This document shows positions 37,800 to 51,148 of a stretch of DNA of 64,000 bases, piece by piece (position 1 is the stretch's first letter; the number at the start of each line of letters is the position of its first letter). The notes beneath the pieces are model-generated. The model was not told the DNA's origin and searched no databases. It saw only the letters and a program-made list of their open reading frames with translations. Both the position numbers and the translations under genes were made by a program. This DNA comes from Octopus sinensis (Eukaryota), in NCBI RefSeq assembly GCF_006345805.1, contig NC_043010.1, positions 20,646,001-20,710,000 on the forward strand, written 5' to 3'.

Positions 37800-38145
37800 G
37801 AAGAAAAGACACCCCTTCAGTCATCAACGACCATGGGATTGCACATAAAAAGTTACCCTTTGAGGCACAAGTCCAGGCAAGGTTGTTTATGGAAGACCAG
37901 CAGTCATCCATGCATACCAGCCTCCCCTCTTCACACCACCAGTGATAACCAAGGGAAAGGCAAAGGGGCCGATACAGCTCGGCACCAGTGACTTCGCAAC
38001 TCATTTCTACAGCTGAGTGAACTGCAGCAACGTGAAATAAAGTGTCTTACTCAAGAACACAATACACAGCCCGGTCCGGGAATCAAACTCACTACCTCAT
38101 GATTGTGAGCCTGATGTTCTAACCACTGAGCCATGCACCTTCACC
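37800..38145 (-). mobile_element. tRNA-derived SINE, family C variant
   Basis: Minus-strand head GGTGCATGGCTCAGTGGTTAGAAC...GAGTTTGATTCC. Confidence 0.7.
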
Positions 38146-38405
38146 TATACAATACAATCTACAAAACTATTAATGGTTAGCAAGACCACATTATTTCATT
38201 TTGCCACCACCATAAGATACTTCTAAGTACATCAAAGGTTTACAAGTCAACGTGCCTCACCTTTTGTGTTAGCAGTGCAATGTTCTCATTCTAAGTTTAT
38301 TCCTACAAATTTTTTATAATGCTCAGAGCCAGCACTCATTTATGTAAACAATGTCATCAAAGATAGAAATTATAAAAGGTACGGAGTGTATATATGTATG
38401 TGTGT

Positions 38406-40875
38406 ACCGGCAGGTATACATAGCCAAAGATGTAGCAGAAAAGAAGAAGTTTGCCAATGTCCAGCGACGTGAGGACCAAAGAACTGAGGTATATCGGATT
38501 GCTAGACAGTGTGTGAGAGAAAATAATGATGTTACAGGAGAGAAATGTGTCCGCATGGATGATGGGGCACTTGCATTTAATGGTGAAAAGAAAGAGGCTT
38601 GGAGAAGCCATTATGAAAGACTGCTGAATGTGGAGAATGAATGGGAGGAGGAGGAGAGCTTGCCAAATGTTGACCCAGTAGAGGGACCAGCTATCCGAAT
38701 AGACAGCTCCCTTGTAGTTAAGGCAATTAAGTGTATGAAACCAGGTAAAGCCCCCGGCCCATCAGAATCACTGCCGAGATGCTTAAAACAGCTGGTTATG
38801 TGGGATATGGCCTAGTCACCCGCATTGTAAACCAGGTAGTTCATAATGGAGTCATACCCAATGACTAGCGTAGCAGCACCATAGTCAACTGCTACAAGGG
38901 TAAGGGTGATGCTCTAGATAGAAATAACTACAGGGGTATTAAACTGTTGGATCAGGTGATGAAGGTCACAGAGAGGGTCATAACCCATCTCATTAAGGAG
39001 AGAATTTGCTTAGATGAGATGCAGTTCGGTTTTGTGCCGGGTTTAAGCACCACTGATGCTATATTCCTGGTCCAACAACTGCAGGAGAAGTACCTAGCTA
39101 AAGATAAACCACTCTACATAGCTTTTGTGGACTTGGAGAAAGCCTTTGACAGGGTCCCCCGATCCCTTATCTGGTGGTCGATGCAGAAACTGGAGATTGA
39201 CGAATGGCTAATAAGGGCTGTACAGGCCCTATACAGAGAGGCTGTCAGCAAGGTTAGGATTGGCAATGAATATAGCGAAGAATTCCGGGTAGAAGTAGGT
39301 GTACACCAAGGCTCAGCCCTCAGTCCCCTTTTATTCATCATAGTCCTCCAGGCAATAACAGAGGGATTCAAAACAGGTTGCCCCTGGGAGCTCCTCTATG
39401 CTGATGACCTGGCTCTCATAGCAGAATCACTACCGGAACTAGAAAAGAAATTTCAGGTGTGGAAGCAAGGGTTAGAATCAAAGAGCCTTAGAGTAAATGT
39501 AGCAAAGACCAAAGTTATAGTAAGCAGAAAGGCGAACTCAGCACACACCCCCTCGGGCAGGTGACCCTGCTCGATCTGTAGGAAAGGTGTAGGTAGAAAC
39601 TCTATAAGATGCACCCAGTGTAAGCTATGGACACATAAGAGGTGCAACAACATCAAAGGGAAATTAACTGATAAGATAGCTTTCATGTGCGGCAGATGCA
39701 CAGGGACAATAGACACCACAAATACTCAGAAAACAGATTCCATCACACTCCAGGGGTAGAAACTAGAAGTAGTTGATAGTTTCTGCTACCTGGGTGACCA
39801 AGTTAGTAGTGGAGGTGGATGCTCAGAGAGTGTCACCACTAGAATACGAATAGCCTGGGCAAAGTTTAGAAAGCTCCTACCCCTACTGGTGACAAAGGGT
39901 CTCTCACTCAGAGTGAAAGGTAGATTGTATGATGCATGTGTGCAAACTGCCATGCTTCACGGTAGTGAAACATGGGCCGTGACTGCAGAGGACATGTGTA
40001 GACTTGAAAGAAATGAAGGTAGCATGATCCGCTGGATGTGTAATGTCAGTGTGCACGCATGACAGAGTGTAAGCACCCTGAGAGAAATGCTAGACATAAG
40101 AAGCATCAGATGTGGTGTGCAAGAGCGACGCTTGCGATGGTATGGTCATGTACTGCGGATGGATGAGGAGAGATTTGTGAAGAAGTGCCGCTCCCAAACA
40201 GTTGAAGGAATCAGAGGGAGAAGTAGACCCAGGAAGACATGGGATGAGGTAGTCAAGCATGACCTCAGAGCGTTGGGCCTCACTGAGGCAATGGCGAAGG
40301 ACGAGATCTCTGGAGATATGCTGTGACTGCAAAGACCCGGGATGCTTCCTGCACCAGTTCCGCATAGCCCCTGCTCATTCAAAGTACCTTGGATTCCAGA
40401 ACATCCCGCTGTGTTTGAGGAGACCTGTTGAGTCAAGTACATGAACATCAAAATAAATATCAATGGAAATAGTAGTTGTGATACCTGTGCCGGTGGCACA
40501 TAAAAAGCACCATCTGAACGTGGCCGTTGCCAGCGCCGCCTCGACTGGCTTCTGTGCCAGTGACGCATAAAAAGCACCATCCGAATGTGGCCAATGCCAG
40601 CGCCGCCTTGGCTGGCTTCCGTGCCAGCGGCACGTTAAAAGCACCAACCGATCGTGGCCAATGCCAGACTCCCCTGGCACCTGTGCTGGCGGCACGTAAA
40701 AAGCACCCACTACACTCGCAGAGTGGTTGGCGTTAGGAAGGGCATCTAGCTGCAGAAACACTGCCAGATCAGACTGGAGCCTGGTGCAGCCCCTGGCTTC
40801 CCAGGCCCCGGTCGAACCGTCCAACCCGTGCTAGCGTGGAAAACGGACGTTAAACGATGATGATGATGATGATGA
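38406..40875 (+). mobile_element. 5'-truncated RTE-clade LINE with long 3' UTR and (GAT)n tail
   Basis: KAPGP, QFGFVPG, FVDLEKAFD, GVHQGSALSP, LYADD, RRLRWYGHV and RPRKTW motifs with several stops. Ends ACGTTAAAC(GAT)n. Confidence 0.92.
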
Positions 40876-40904
40876 TATATATATATACACATACATATAT
40901 ATAT

Positions 40905-40935
<31 letters not shown>

Positions 40936-41119
40936 ATATATATATATATAATATATATATACACACACACATATATATATATACGTACATATATATATAT
41001 ACACATATATATGCATACTAGCCTCCCCTCTCCATCCAAGGGAAAGGCAAAGGCCGATACAGCTTGGCACCTCTGACGAGTGTATAGATGTGGCAACATA
41101 TGAAATTTTGTCCAGGTAT

Positions 41120-41190
41120 ATGCAGCTGATGAAGACAAATCAAATCTACATTGTCAAACGTATTTGAAGAGTCTGAAACCGGTCCTGCAT
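41120..41190 (+). ncRNA. Type I hammerhead ribozyme (Penelope-type, palindromic stem III)
   Basis: Stem I ATGCAG/CTGCAT, core CTGATGA (41126-32), stem II AGAC/GTCT with an extended loop, GAAA (41175-78), ACCGGT, and GTC cleavage triplet (cut after 41184). Confidence 0.85.
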
Positions 41191-41378
41191 TATCCGTTTC
41201 TAGGTTTTTCATTTTTCAGATGTTCTTCCTAGAGGTAAGACAAATTTTTTTCATGTTTGTTGCACATACACGTCTTTGCTAGTATATACGCAGTGAAGCT
41301 ATACAATAGCGTCGTATTTATTATGATTGCTATTTTCCAGTAAATATTGGTGCCTCGTTGTACCATTTATTTACTTTT

Positions 41379-41437
<59 letters not shown>

Positions 41438-41471
41438 TGTATATATATGTGTGTGTGTTTGTGTATATGTA

Positions 41472-41540
<69 letters not shown>

Positions 41541-41574
41541 TATGTATATATGTATATATATATATGCCACCACC

Positions 41575-41775
41575 ATCTTGACTGGCTCCTGTACCAGTGG
41601 CATATAAAAAGCACCCACTACACTCTCGGAGTGGTTGGCATTAGGGAGGGCATCCAGCTGTAGAGACATTGTGAGATCAGACTGGAGTCTGATGCAGCCT
41701 CCTGGCTTTCCAGACTCCAGTTGAACCACCCAACCCATGCCAGCATGGAAAGTGGACATTAAACGATGATGATGA
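41575..41775 (+). mobile_element. Short copy of the RTE 3' tail
   Basis: Matches 40670-40870. Similar minus-strand copies lie at ~18520-18720, 32790-32965 and 36470-36600. Confidence 0.75.
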
Positions 41776-42654
41776 AACATATTTGTATACGAAATGTTGT
41801 AACTGTCGCTGCTAGCACTGACCTCTCGAAAATCTGCTGAGATAAACTTAAAAATGACCAACAAAACATAACGGATAGCATATATCCTATATATATGTAT
41901 GACTTACAAAATGATCCATCAGATTATGGACTCATAAATCTGTGAGCTATAACTCATTGCTTATAAAACAGGATCTCATGAACTCATGAGAGTATGAGCT
42001 GTAAAAGATGACATGGATTATGGCTTGTAAAATATGATGAATACTACGGAGATTATGGCTGTATGGTTAGGAATGCCTCAGTCTATCTTGACAAATTTTT
42101 CTCAGTGGTTGTAATCAATCTTATTAAAATGTTCATCTGATCAGTTTTAAGAGAATTGTATAAATACGTGCATCCATCCATCCATCCATCCATCCATCCA
42201 TCCACACACGGATGCATACATACATATACACATACATACATACATACATATGCACATACAGGCATACTTACATACATATGCTCATACATACATGCATACA
42301 TACATACGCACATATGTACATACATACATAATACATATGCATACATAATACATATGCACACACATACATATGTACATGCATACATAAATACATACATACA
42401 TACTTACATACACAGATACATACATACACACATACATACATGCATACATGCATACATACATACATACACACATACATACATACATGTGCACATACATACA
42501 TACATACATATGTAAATACACACATACATGACATGTAAAACACAGACTTAGAAGGGATTAATCATGTCAAGAGCTTGACCTGGTGTCAACCAACAATTCC
42601 ATGACATCTCGTTTTAATGGTTACATCAATGCAATTTAAAAAACAACAACCCTG

Positions 42655-42946
42655 TGTTTGTGTTGCCCTTTTGAAGCCTAGCCAAGCTCATGGGCCCAGT
42701 TTCCTGGTTTCTGTGGCTGGACGGGATGCCAGTCCATCGCAACGTTACTCAAGAAACAGGAAGAGAGAGTGAAAGAAAGTTGTGGCAAAAGAGTACAACA
42801 GGGGTCGCCCCCCCACTGCCGGAGCCTCGTGGAGCTTTTAGGTGTTTTTGCTCAATAAACACACACAATGCCTGGTCTGGGAATTGAAACCGTGATCCTC
42901 CGACCGCGAGTCCACTGCCCTAACCACTGGGCCATTGTGCCTCCAC
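42655..42946 (-). mobile_element. SINE family C
   Basis: Minus-strand head TGGAGGCACAATGGCCCAGTGGTTAGGGCAGTGGACTCGCGG. Confidence 0.8.
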
Positions 42947-42999
42947 AACCCTGTGTACCACAGCATAAAAGGCAGAAAATGTTGACGGATAACAACTGA

Positions 43000-43640
43000 A
43001 TGCTTTGCAAGAGCAAGGCTGAAGACATCAACCACATTATTGGCATCTGTGAGAGAATGTCCTCCAGAGGCATGGTACAGTGGCCAGAACAGTCTGGAAG
43101 AGAAGAACAAAAATGAAAATGCTTACAGACAAAGTCGACCCTATTGAGACTGATGGGTCGAAAGAATATTGGTGGAAATTGGGAATTAAAACAGCCACCA
43201 AGTTAAAGCACAACTGGTTAGATATTGTTGTGTGGGACTACAAAGAAAATATATTTCTTTTGTGGAAATCAGCTGCGCTCTGGACACGAATGTGGTTAGA
43301 GGAATAGAAGAGAAAAAGGGCATCAATGGACCATTGATAAGGATTTTGGAAATCCAGTACGCAAGATCAACTTTCCGTTTCATACTTATTATTATTGGAG
43401 CAAGAGGATACACACAAACCCGTTTGGAACTAAATATGGCTGAACTTGGGATCTTGGGGATAGAATGCAATTTCTTAATCCATGTGCTACAAATGGCCGT
43501 AATATCCGGGAGTATAAAAATCTGCAAGAAACTTTTTAAGATTGAAAGGATGATGGTTCAAACAAGAGGCTTTCCTTCACAAATTTGCTACCAAATAAGG
43601 GGCCAATCAGATATTTACTCTAAATTTAAAAAAAAACATA
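43000..43640 (+). mobile_element. RLE-type LINE 3' fragment (family 2), followed by (CATA)n
   Basis: KHNWLDIVVWD...VEISCALD...IIIGARG...GSIKICK (decayed PD-(D/E) RLE domain). Confidence 0.7.
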
Positions 43641-43768
43641 CATACATACATGCATGCTTAAATGAATGAATGCATGTATGTACATATGTATGCAGGCATG
43701 TACGCAATCATGTAGGCCTATTGTGTATGTACATACACATCACTCTCTTTAATATATGTGTGTATGCA

Positions 43769-43847
<79 letters not shown>

Positions 43848-43896
43848 TTATCTATCTGCCTGTCTTCTGTCTGTCTGTCTGTATATCTATCTGTCC

Positions 43897-43963
<67 letters not shown>

Positions 43964-44466
43964 CGTCCGTCCGTCCGTCCGTCCGTCTGTCTGTCTGTCT
44001 GTCTGTCTATCTGCGTGTCTGTCCGTGTGTCCGTCAATCTGTCTATAATTATTGCGTGTGTTAGCGGGCAAGCACGCAACCAAGGTTATAAAGAAAAAAT
44101 ACCAGTACAAGGGAGGTTACTCTTACAATTTTCTCGTAAATATGAAATCTAAAATCTGTCCGTACTTTCTCACAAAATTGGTCAAACTTCACGGCTGGCT
44201 TTTTAGTACCGAGTCAGCTTTGATGCGAACCTGTGATCAAACGAATTCTATCCATGACCACCTCACTCTTCTTTCAAGCCTTACCTGCGTCAAACTACAT
44301 TACCCAGAGCGTTACTCCCTTTTCGTATGGTGTAATTTTCAGGAACAGTTGGCTGTTCTTTTCCACGGGCTTTCGAAACAGACTCAGTGTTTTCGCGTAT
44401 TCATTGCTGTGGTAAGTTGAAATACTTGTATCATAGCAGGGCATAAATATCGACGAAGTTTCGGAA

Positions 44467-44650
44467 TAATCCTCTCTATTATAGGCACAAGGCCTGAAAT
44501 TTGGGGGTGGGGAGCGGGCCAGTCGATTAGATCCACCCCAGTACACAACTGGTACTTAATTTATTGACCCCGAAAGGATGAAAGGCAATGTCGACCTCGT
44601 TGGAATTTGAACTCAGAACGTCGCGACAGGCGAAATACTGCTAAGCATTA
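44467..44650 (-). mobile_element. 5'-truncated SINE family B with 14-bp TSD
   Basis: AAGTTTCGGAATAA occurs at ~44456 and ~44651. Confidence 0.75.
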
Positions 44651-45442
44651 AAGTTTCGGAATAACAGTCCTCCCGTCATGGGGAGGGAAAGAGACACGGA
44701 ATGTTGGAGCAAAAATGTTAATACATGGTATTCTTTTTTTTTTAATAATAAAAAAAAAATATGCTTTCAGCATCGTAATCTCGGTTTGTGAAGCGCAGAA
44801 ATACTAAAGATGGAAAAAACAAAAACGGGGAAAAAACCTTCTTCCTGTTTCGTGTCCCTTTTCCTTTCTTATGAAGCTGGAGATGTTATTCCAGAATCCT
44901 TCCTACATAACGATTTTGATAACTTTAACTCATTTCTTTATAAAGTTGTCTAAATGTTTATCCACAACTCGTCGACTTTCATTATGATCAGAAGTTTAGT
45001 TGCGATACTGCTAAGCATTAAAGTTTCGGAATAACGGTCCTCCCGTCACGGGGAGGGAAAGGGACACGGAATTTTGGAGCAAAAATGTTATTAAATGGTA
45101 TTTTCTATCCAGTTTGGAATGAATGGTTTACATGCTGCGAGATTAAATAGAAAATTCCAACTTCGGCAGAATTTCACAAACTTTGTAACAATAGGTACTC
45201 AACGAAGTACACTCCCGGACTTCAAAAGTACTTTACTCCATCGATCCCGGACAGAGAAACGAAAGGAAAGTCGACTCTAATGAAATGAACAAGAACCGAG
45301 CATATACTATTATGTGTGTATGTATGTGTGTATATGTATGTGTGTATGTATGTATGTATGAATGAATGGTGACTGGGTTTGCCGGGTGTGCGAATAAGAA
45401 TAAAGGAGACATGGAATATATATATATATATATATGGAATAT

Positions 45443-45509
<67 letters not shown>

Positions 45510-45526
45510 TACATAAATACATATAT

Positions 45527-45811
45527 CACGTGATCACGTGACCGATCAGACCATCAGATGTTGTTACACATCGCTGGTCACATTGTTTTAGCCTTCGAAT
45601 GACGCCACCCCGCTGGCTAAGCGAGCAGGCCAACAGAGTGAGAGAAAGAGTGGTGAAAGAGTACAGCAGGGATCACCACCTCCTGCCGGAGCCTCGTGGA
45701 GGTTTTAGATGTTTTCGCTCAATAAACACTCACAACGCCCGGTCTGGGAATCGAAACCGCGTTTCTGCGACCGCGAGTCCGCTGCTCTAACCACTAGGCC
45801 ATTGCGCCTCC

Positions 45812-45812
<1 letters not shown>
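45527..45812 (-). mobile_element. SINE family C (tRNA-Arg-like head)
   Basis: TGGAGGCGCAATGGCCTAGTGGTTAGAGCAGCGGACTCGCGG..GGTTTCGATTCC, ending in CACGTGATCACGTG. An internally deleted copy lies at 14325-14405. Confidence 0.8.
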
Positions 45813-45850
<38 letters not shown>

Positions 45851-45992
45851 AACAACAAACAGATGTAATAGTTTAATGCTCAGGAAGTGAGAATGTCTTT
45901 TACGTTTTGAGCCTACGCTCTTCAACAGAAACCAACACAGAAATACGTAGACTGCTGGTTAGTATTTCTTACCACACAGCCACTCCTGTGCC

Positions 45993-46047
<55 letters not shown>

Positions 46048-46068
46048 CATATCGGTATCTATCTATCT

Positions 46069-46133
<65 letters not shown>

Positions 46134-46149
46134 ACATACATACATACAT

Positions 46150-46241
<92 letters not shown>

Positions 46242-46257
46242 GGAAAATAAGATAAGG

Positions 46258-46519
46258 TAGAAAATGCTAAAATAATTTTATCATGAAAATCATTTTATAA
46301 ACGGTTTCAGTCTTTGCGACTTTTTTCAACAATTAAATTGTGGAAAAATGAAATGAAACGTTCTTTTTAGAATTTTTCCATACTTCTCATAGAAATATTC
46401 TAAAAAGACATTTCATTTAATTTTTCTATAATTTAATTGTTTATCATGCTTTACGGGAAAATAAGGTTGAAACCGGTACTAAAATGTTTTTCATTATAAA
46501 ATTATTTTAGCATTTTCTA
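46258..46519. repeat. AT-rich foldback element
   Basis: Perfect 24-bp terminal inverted repeat TAGAAAATGCTAAAATAATTTTAT plus imperfect inner arms. Carries GAAACCGGTA. Confidence 0.8.
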
Positions 46520-46741
46520 TTGTCCTCATGCATATCAACTCGTGTGTTACTTTTTAAGCTTCTTCACACACACACACACATACACACACACACACACATA
46601 CGGGCGCGCGCACACACACACACACATACGAGCGCGCGCACACACACACACACACATACGGGCGCGCGCACACACACACACGCACACATACGGGCGCGCG
46701 CGCACACACACACATACGGGCGCGCGCACACACACATACAC

Positions 46742-46772
<31 letters not shown>

Positions 46773-46982
46773 AGCAGGATTCTGCTTCTATTAAAGTCCC
46801 TTCTTTGTTGCTGTGTGGTTGAAGCATATTTTATAAAACACTGCAATTTGGCCGCCCATTTTTCCAGTCTTTTAACGACTTCTCTCATTTCGGGAAACGC
46901 TGCATCAATAGTTTTTTACTTGAACCAAAGTGGAAATATAAAGATTTCTGTGACTTGCAAGACGTTGATGCAGGCGAGACTG

Positions 46983-47378
46983 GGATCTTTTCGGTTTGGA
47001 CGGCAGTTTTTAACATAATTTCTTGGTAACTAACAAATTTTAAACTTCGTGTACTGGTAGAATGTGTTTATAAAACATCTTTTTCTTTTGGCTTTATTGA
47101 GAAAATTCTATAGTTTGTTGATTTTTTCTTCAATTTCTGCAATTTCAACCAATCACTGACGTCCATTGAAGTAAAAGGCATTCTGTGCCGTATGAATATG
47201 TCCCTCGTTTAAGAAACAGATTGGGTTTATTTATATTTGTGAAGAAAAAAATGTCACCCTCACCCCACCCCTAACCCTAAAACAGATTGAAATGCAATAG
47301 ATAGATACTAGGGTCATAATTATGGGTGACAATTTCATGACACCGCTAAAAAAACTGCCGTTCAAACCGAAAAGATCC
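46983..47378. mobile_element. Second copy of the CCCTAA-containing MITE
   Basis: Same TIRs and body as 15998-16447. No clear TSD. Confidence 0.85.
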
Positions 47379-47914
47379 GTGGCTTTTGTGGCAAGAAGTT
47401 TACTCCTCATCCACATTGGTCGGCCCGATGCTATAGTGGAAGACACTTGCCCAAGATGCCACGCAGTGGGACTGAACCCGGAACCATGTGGTCGGGAAGC
47501 AAGCTGCTTACCACACAGCCACTCCTCTGCCTATTGGTTATTCCTTTAATAAACTTTTGACGTCTCTGTTGAGAATCAAATGAAATTTGAGAATCTTTCA
47601 ATGATGTTCATTCAAGACGGTGCTCCAGCATGGCCTACAGTCAAACGCTTGAAACAAGTAAAAGAAACAAAATATTTCAACCATTCCTTACAATATCTAT
47701 AGGTGAAAAACAAAACAAAAAAGAAATGGTTGAGAAATTCTGGTCTCGAGGTTCGATGTGCAAAGGAAAGCCAAGTCCAAGGGGAATAACATGGAGTTGA
47801 AATGCAAGGGAGATAACCTAAACGTACTCATGCTAATATGATAGTAATGGTCTTAATTACCTCCCTTAGACAACTAGAGTATGGAATACGTTTGTTCATA
47901 TTCTTTCAAGGCAT

Positions 47915-48290
47915 TTATTTGACTGCGGCCATGCTGGAGCACCGCCTTTAGTTGAACAAATCGAACCCATGACTTATTCTCTGTAAGCCTAGTACTTATT
48001 CTATGGGATTTCTTTTGCGAACTGCTAAGTTACGGGGACGTAAACACAACAACACTCGCAGTCAAGCAAAGGTGGACACACACGTACACACACGCATGCA
48101 CGCACACACACACATACACACACACACGACGGGCTTCTTTCAGTTTCCGTCTACCAAATCCACTCACAAGGCTTTGGTCAGCCCGAGGCTGTAGTAGAAG
48201 ACACTTGCCTAAGGTGCCATTCAGTGGCACTGAACCTGGAACCATGTGGTTGGTTAGCAAGCTTCTTACCACACAGCCACTCCTGCGCCT
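47915..48290 (-). mobile_element. SINE family A, full length
   Basis: Reverse complement of 581-1051. Confidence 0.8.
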
Positions 48291-48446
48291 CATTTTTATT
48301 ATGATTAATCGGCAGGAGTTATGAAGTAACTCGAGGGACGACAGTTTCGTACATAGCACTTCTCAAGTTTTTATATAAAAGGACAAAACGTAAAGATGTC
48401 TTCCTACGAGTGCCTGTTCAGTGGCGCTTATTTCTGAATATATAAC

Positions 48447-48507
<61 letters not shown>

Positions 48508-49061
48508 TACTACTACTTTTGTTATTATTACTATTGTTATTATTATTATTACTATTGTTATGCAGCAAGGAATTTTGTCAGGAAACAGGTCGCGGTTTCA
48601 AAGCGACGAGAATATTTTGACACAAATTAAATTTAAATATTGAAGTGAATCTAATGGTTTTTTGTGTGTTTTTAAATGGCTTATAAACACCTTCCACGCT
48701 GCAATTGTTTTTATTTCAGCACACGATCTCAGATCAGGTCACTTGCTATGCAAGTACATCTCTATATTATTCTATTAACAAAAATTATCTAAATTGAGCT
48801 GCCGGTGTGTTTACGCCATCTAACCTCCTAACTTAGCGGATCAGCTAGGGACCGATAGAATAAGTACACGGCTAAAAATGCAACAAACAAAAGCAATATA
48901 GTAGTATTGGGGTCCATTCATTCGACTAAAAATTCTTCAAGTCGGTGCCCCAGCATGGCCACAGTTTAAGGAGTGAAACAAAAGATGAAAGGTAAAAGAT
49001 CTGTGCATGTATGTTTGTGTGTGTGTGTGTTTGTGCATGTGGCTATGTATGTATGTACGTA

Positions 49062-49096
<35 letters not shown>

Positions 49097-49862
49097 ATGT
49101 ATGTATGTATGTTTGTATGAATGAATGTGTGTTTGTGTACGTGTGTATGTATGTGTGTGTGTATGCATGTATGTATTTATGTATGTATGTGTGTATGTAT
49201 GTATGTATGTACTTATGTATGTATGTATGTTGTATGTATGTATGTATGTATGTATGCATGCATGCATGCATGCATGCATGCATGTATGTATGTATGTATG
49301 TATGTATGTATGTATGTATGTATGTATATATGAACGGGGGATAGCAGTGCGTACCTCTGATTAAGTCAAATATTGAAATTGTTGTTTCAACCCAAGTCGG
49401 AACTGCTTAAGTAAACCTATGATGAAAGCCATTCCAGCCGTGATCATCGCGTCTTTTCATATATCGAGAACAACATTACCCAATGAATGCTTCGTTTATT
49501 AAAACAACATGCAGTGATCTGAGGTAGATTTCTTTGCCATTTCTAACAGGCTAAGCGACCGCTTAGTGGCCAGTTTCGTTGGCTGTGAGACGTAGGGTGG
49601 TGCTTAGCCCTCTGTTAATTCGACTGTGTGATGCAAGTTCGATACTAAATCGAGCCATTTGGCTTATGTAAATCATAGTACCAGCAGCAGCAGTAGTGAT
49701 GATGATGATAATGGTAGCGGTGGTAGTGATGCCAGTGGTGGTATGATACGATAAATGTGAAGGTAAGGCGGATTCATATGGAAAAGGCAAGTGACATCGG
49801 TTTCAAAAAGTAACGCAAACACACGCTCTCTCTTTCTACTGCTGTCTGTCTCTGCTTCTTTA

Positions 49863-49940
<78 letters not shown>

Positions 49941-50148
49941 ACATACTCCCCCAGTTTTAGTATGGGGAGATATGTTTTGTGAGACAGAAGCATGGACATT
50001 ATCGACCGACATAAGTTTCCTGTTGAAAGAAAACAATCCTTTCACTGGTGTTTTCCTTCGATGTTGTGTGTGTGTGTGTGTATACATTTATATACATACA
50101 AGCGTATATATATACATCTACGCACACACCCACACAACACACACACAC

Positions 50149-50210
<62 letters not shown>

Positions 50211-50723
50211 AAACATACATACGTTTGTTCTTTACTTATAAAGCAAATGGCAATGGTTATTATGCCATTTCCGGATAATTTATTTTTTCAATTGCAAAAT
50301 AATTGCGAAATTTAAAACAAAAGGTCAAGTCACCAGTTTACGTACGTTTACGGCAGACATTAGCGAGCAATACTCGCTGTAATACCCGCAGAAACATCCG
50401 ATGCTAAGGAAAGCCGCTTTTTAATTAGTTGGCATTATGTAACTTTTACTAGGAAAAAAAAAAGAAGCTATTCTTAAAGTCTAAAATGTCTAGAAACTTT
50501 TTATAAATTACAATTTTAATATTTTTTTTTATTAGAAGGTGGTTTTTAAATTTCTTTGATGATAGAACATTTACACACAGATTTCAATTGCAAAAATAAC
50601 TTTCATTCATCGCAACATCTTTCCCCTTTCTCTTTTCTCCCTCTCTCTTCCTCCTCTCTCTCTTTTTCTCTACCTTTCTCTCTCTGGCTTAATTAATATT
50701 TCTTAATATAATTTTCGAAATTC

Positions 50724-50936
50724 TAAGGCGTCAAGCTGGCAGAATCGTTAGCACCTCGGGCGAACTGCTCAGCAGTATTTCGTCCATCTTCCGCTTTTGA
50801 GTTCAAATTCCGCTAAGGTCGACTTTGCCTTTCCTCCTTGCGGGGTCGATAAAATGCGTAGCAGTTGAACACTGAGGTCGATCCAATCGACTTTAACCTT
50901 CGCCCAAACTGACTGGCCTTGAGCCAAAATTTGAAA
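50724..50936 (+). mobile_element. SINE family B
   Basis: Homologous to 17284-17500. Confidence 0.75.
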
Positions 50937-51148
50937 TGAGTAGAACTTCCGCAGTTATCTCCTCTCGATTTATATATTTGATCAGAATTAGCAACATTGT
51001 AATTAATTTATTTCATCTGTAAATGTATGATTTTAATCAATCAATTAATATATTTAGGTTTGCCACGTTGAAGTCTGTTAACATTCCTCAAGCGATCTGC
51101 GACTCGAGAAAACGCTGCCCAGATCTGTTCTGCATCACTCTGCACTTG

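Noticed and set aside
45735-45812. tRNA-Arg-like gene (also at 18008 and 42870)
   Set aside because: The cloverleaf is imperfect and continues into SINE bodies, so these are SINE heads.
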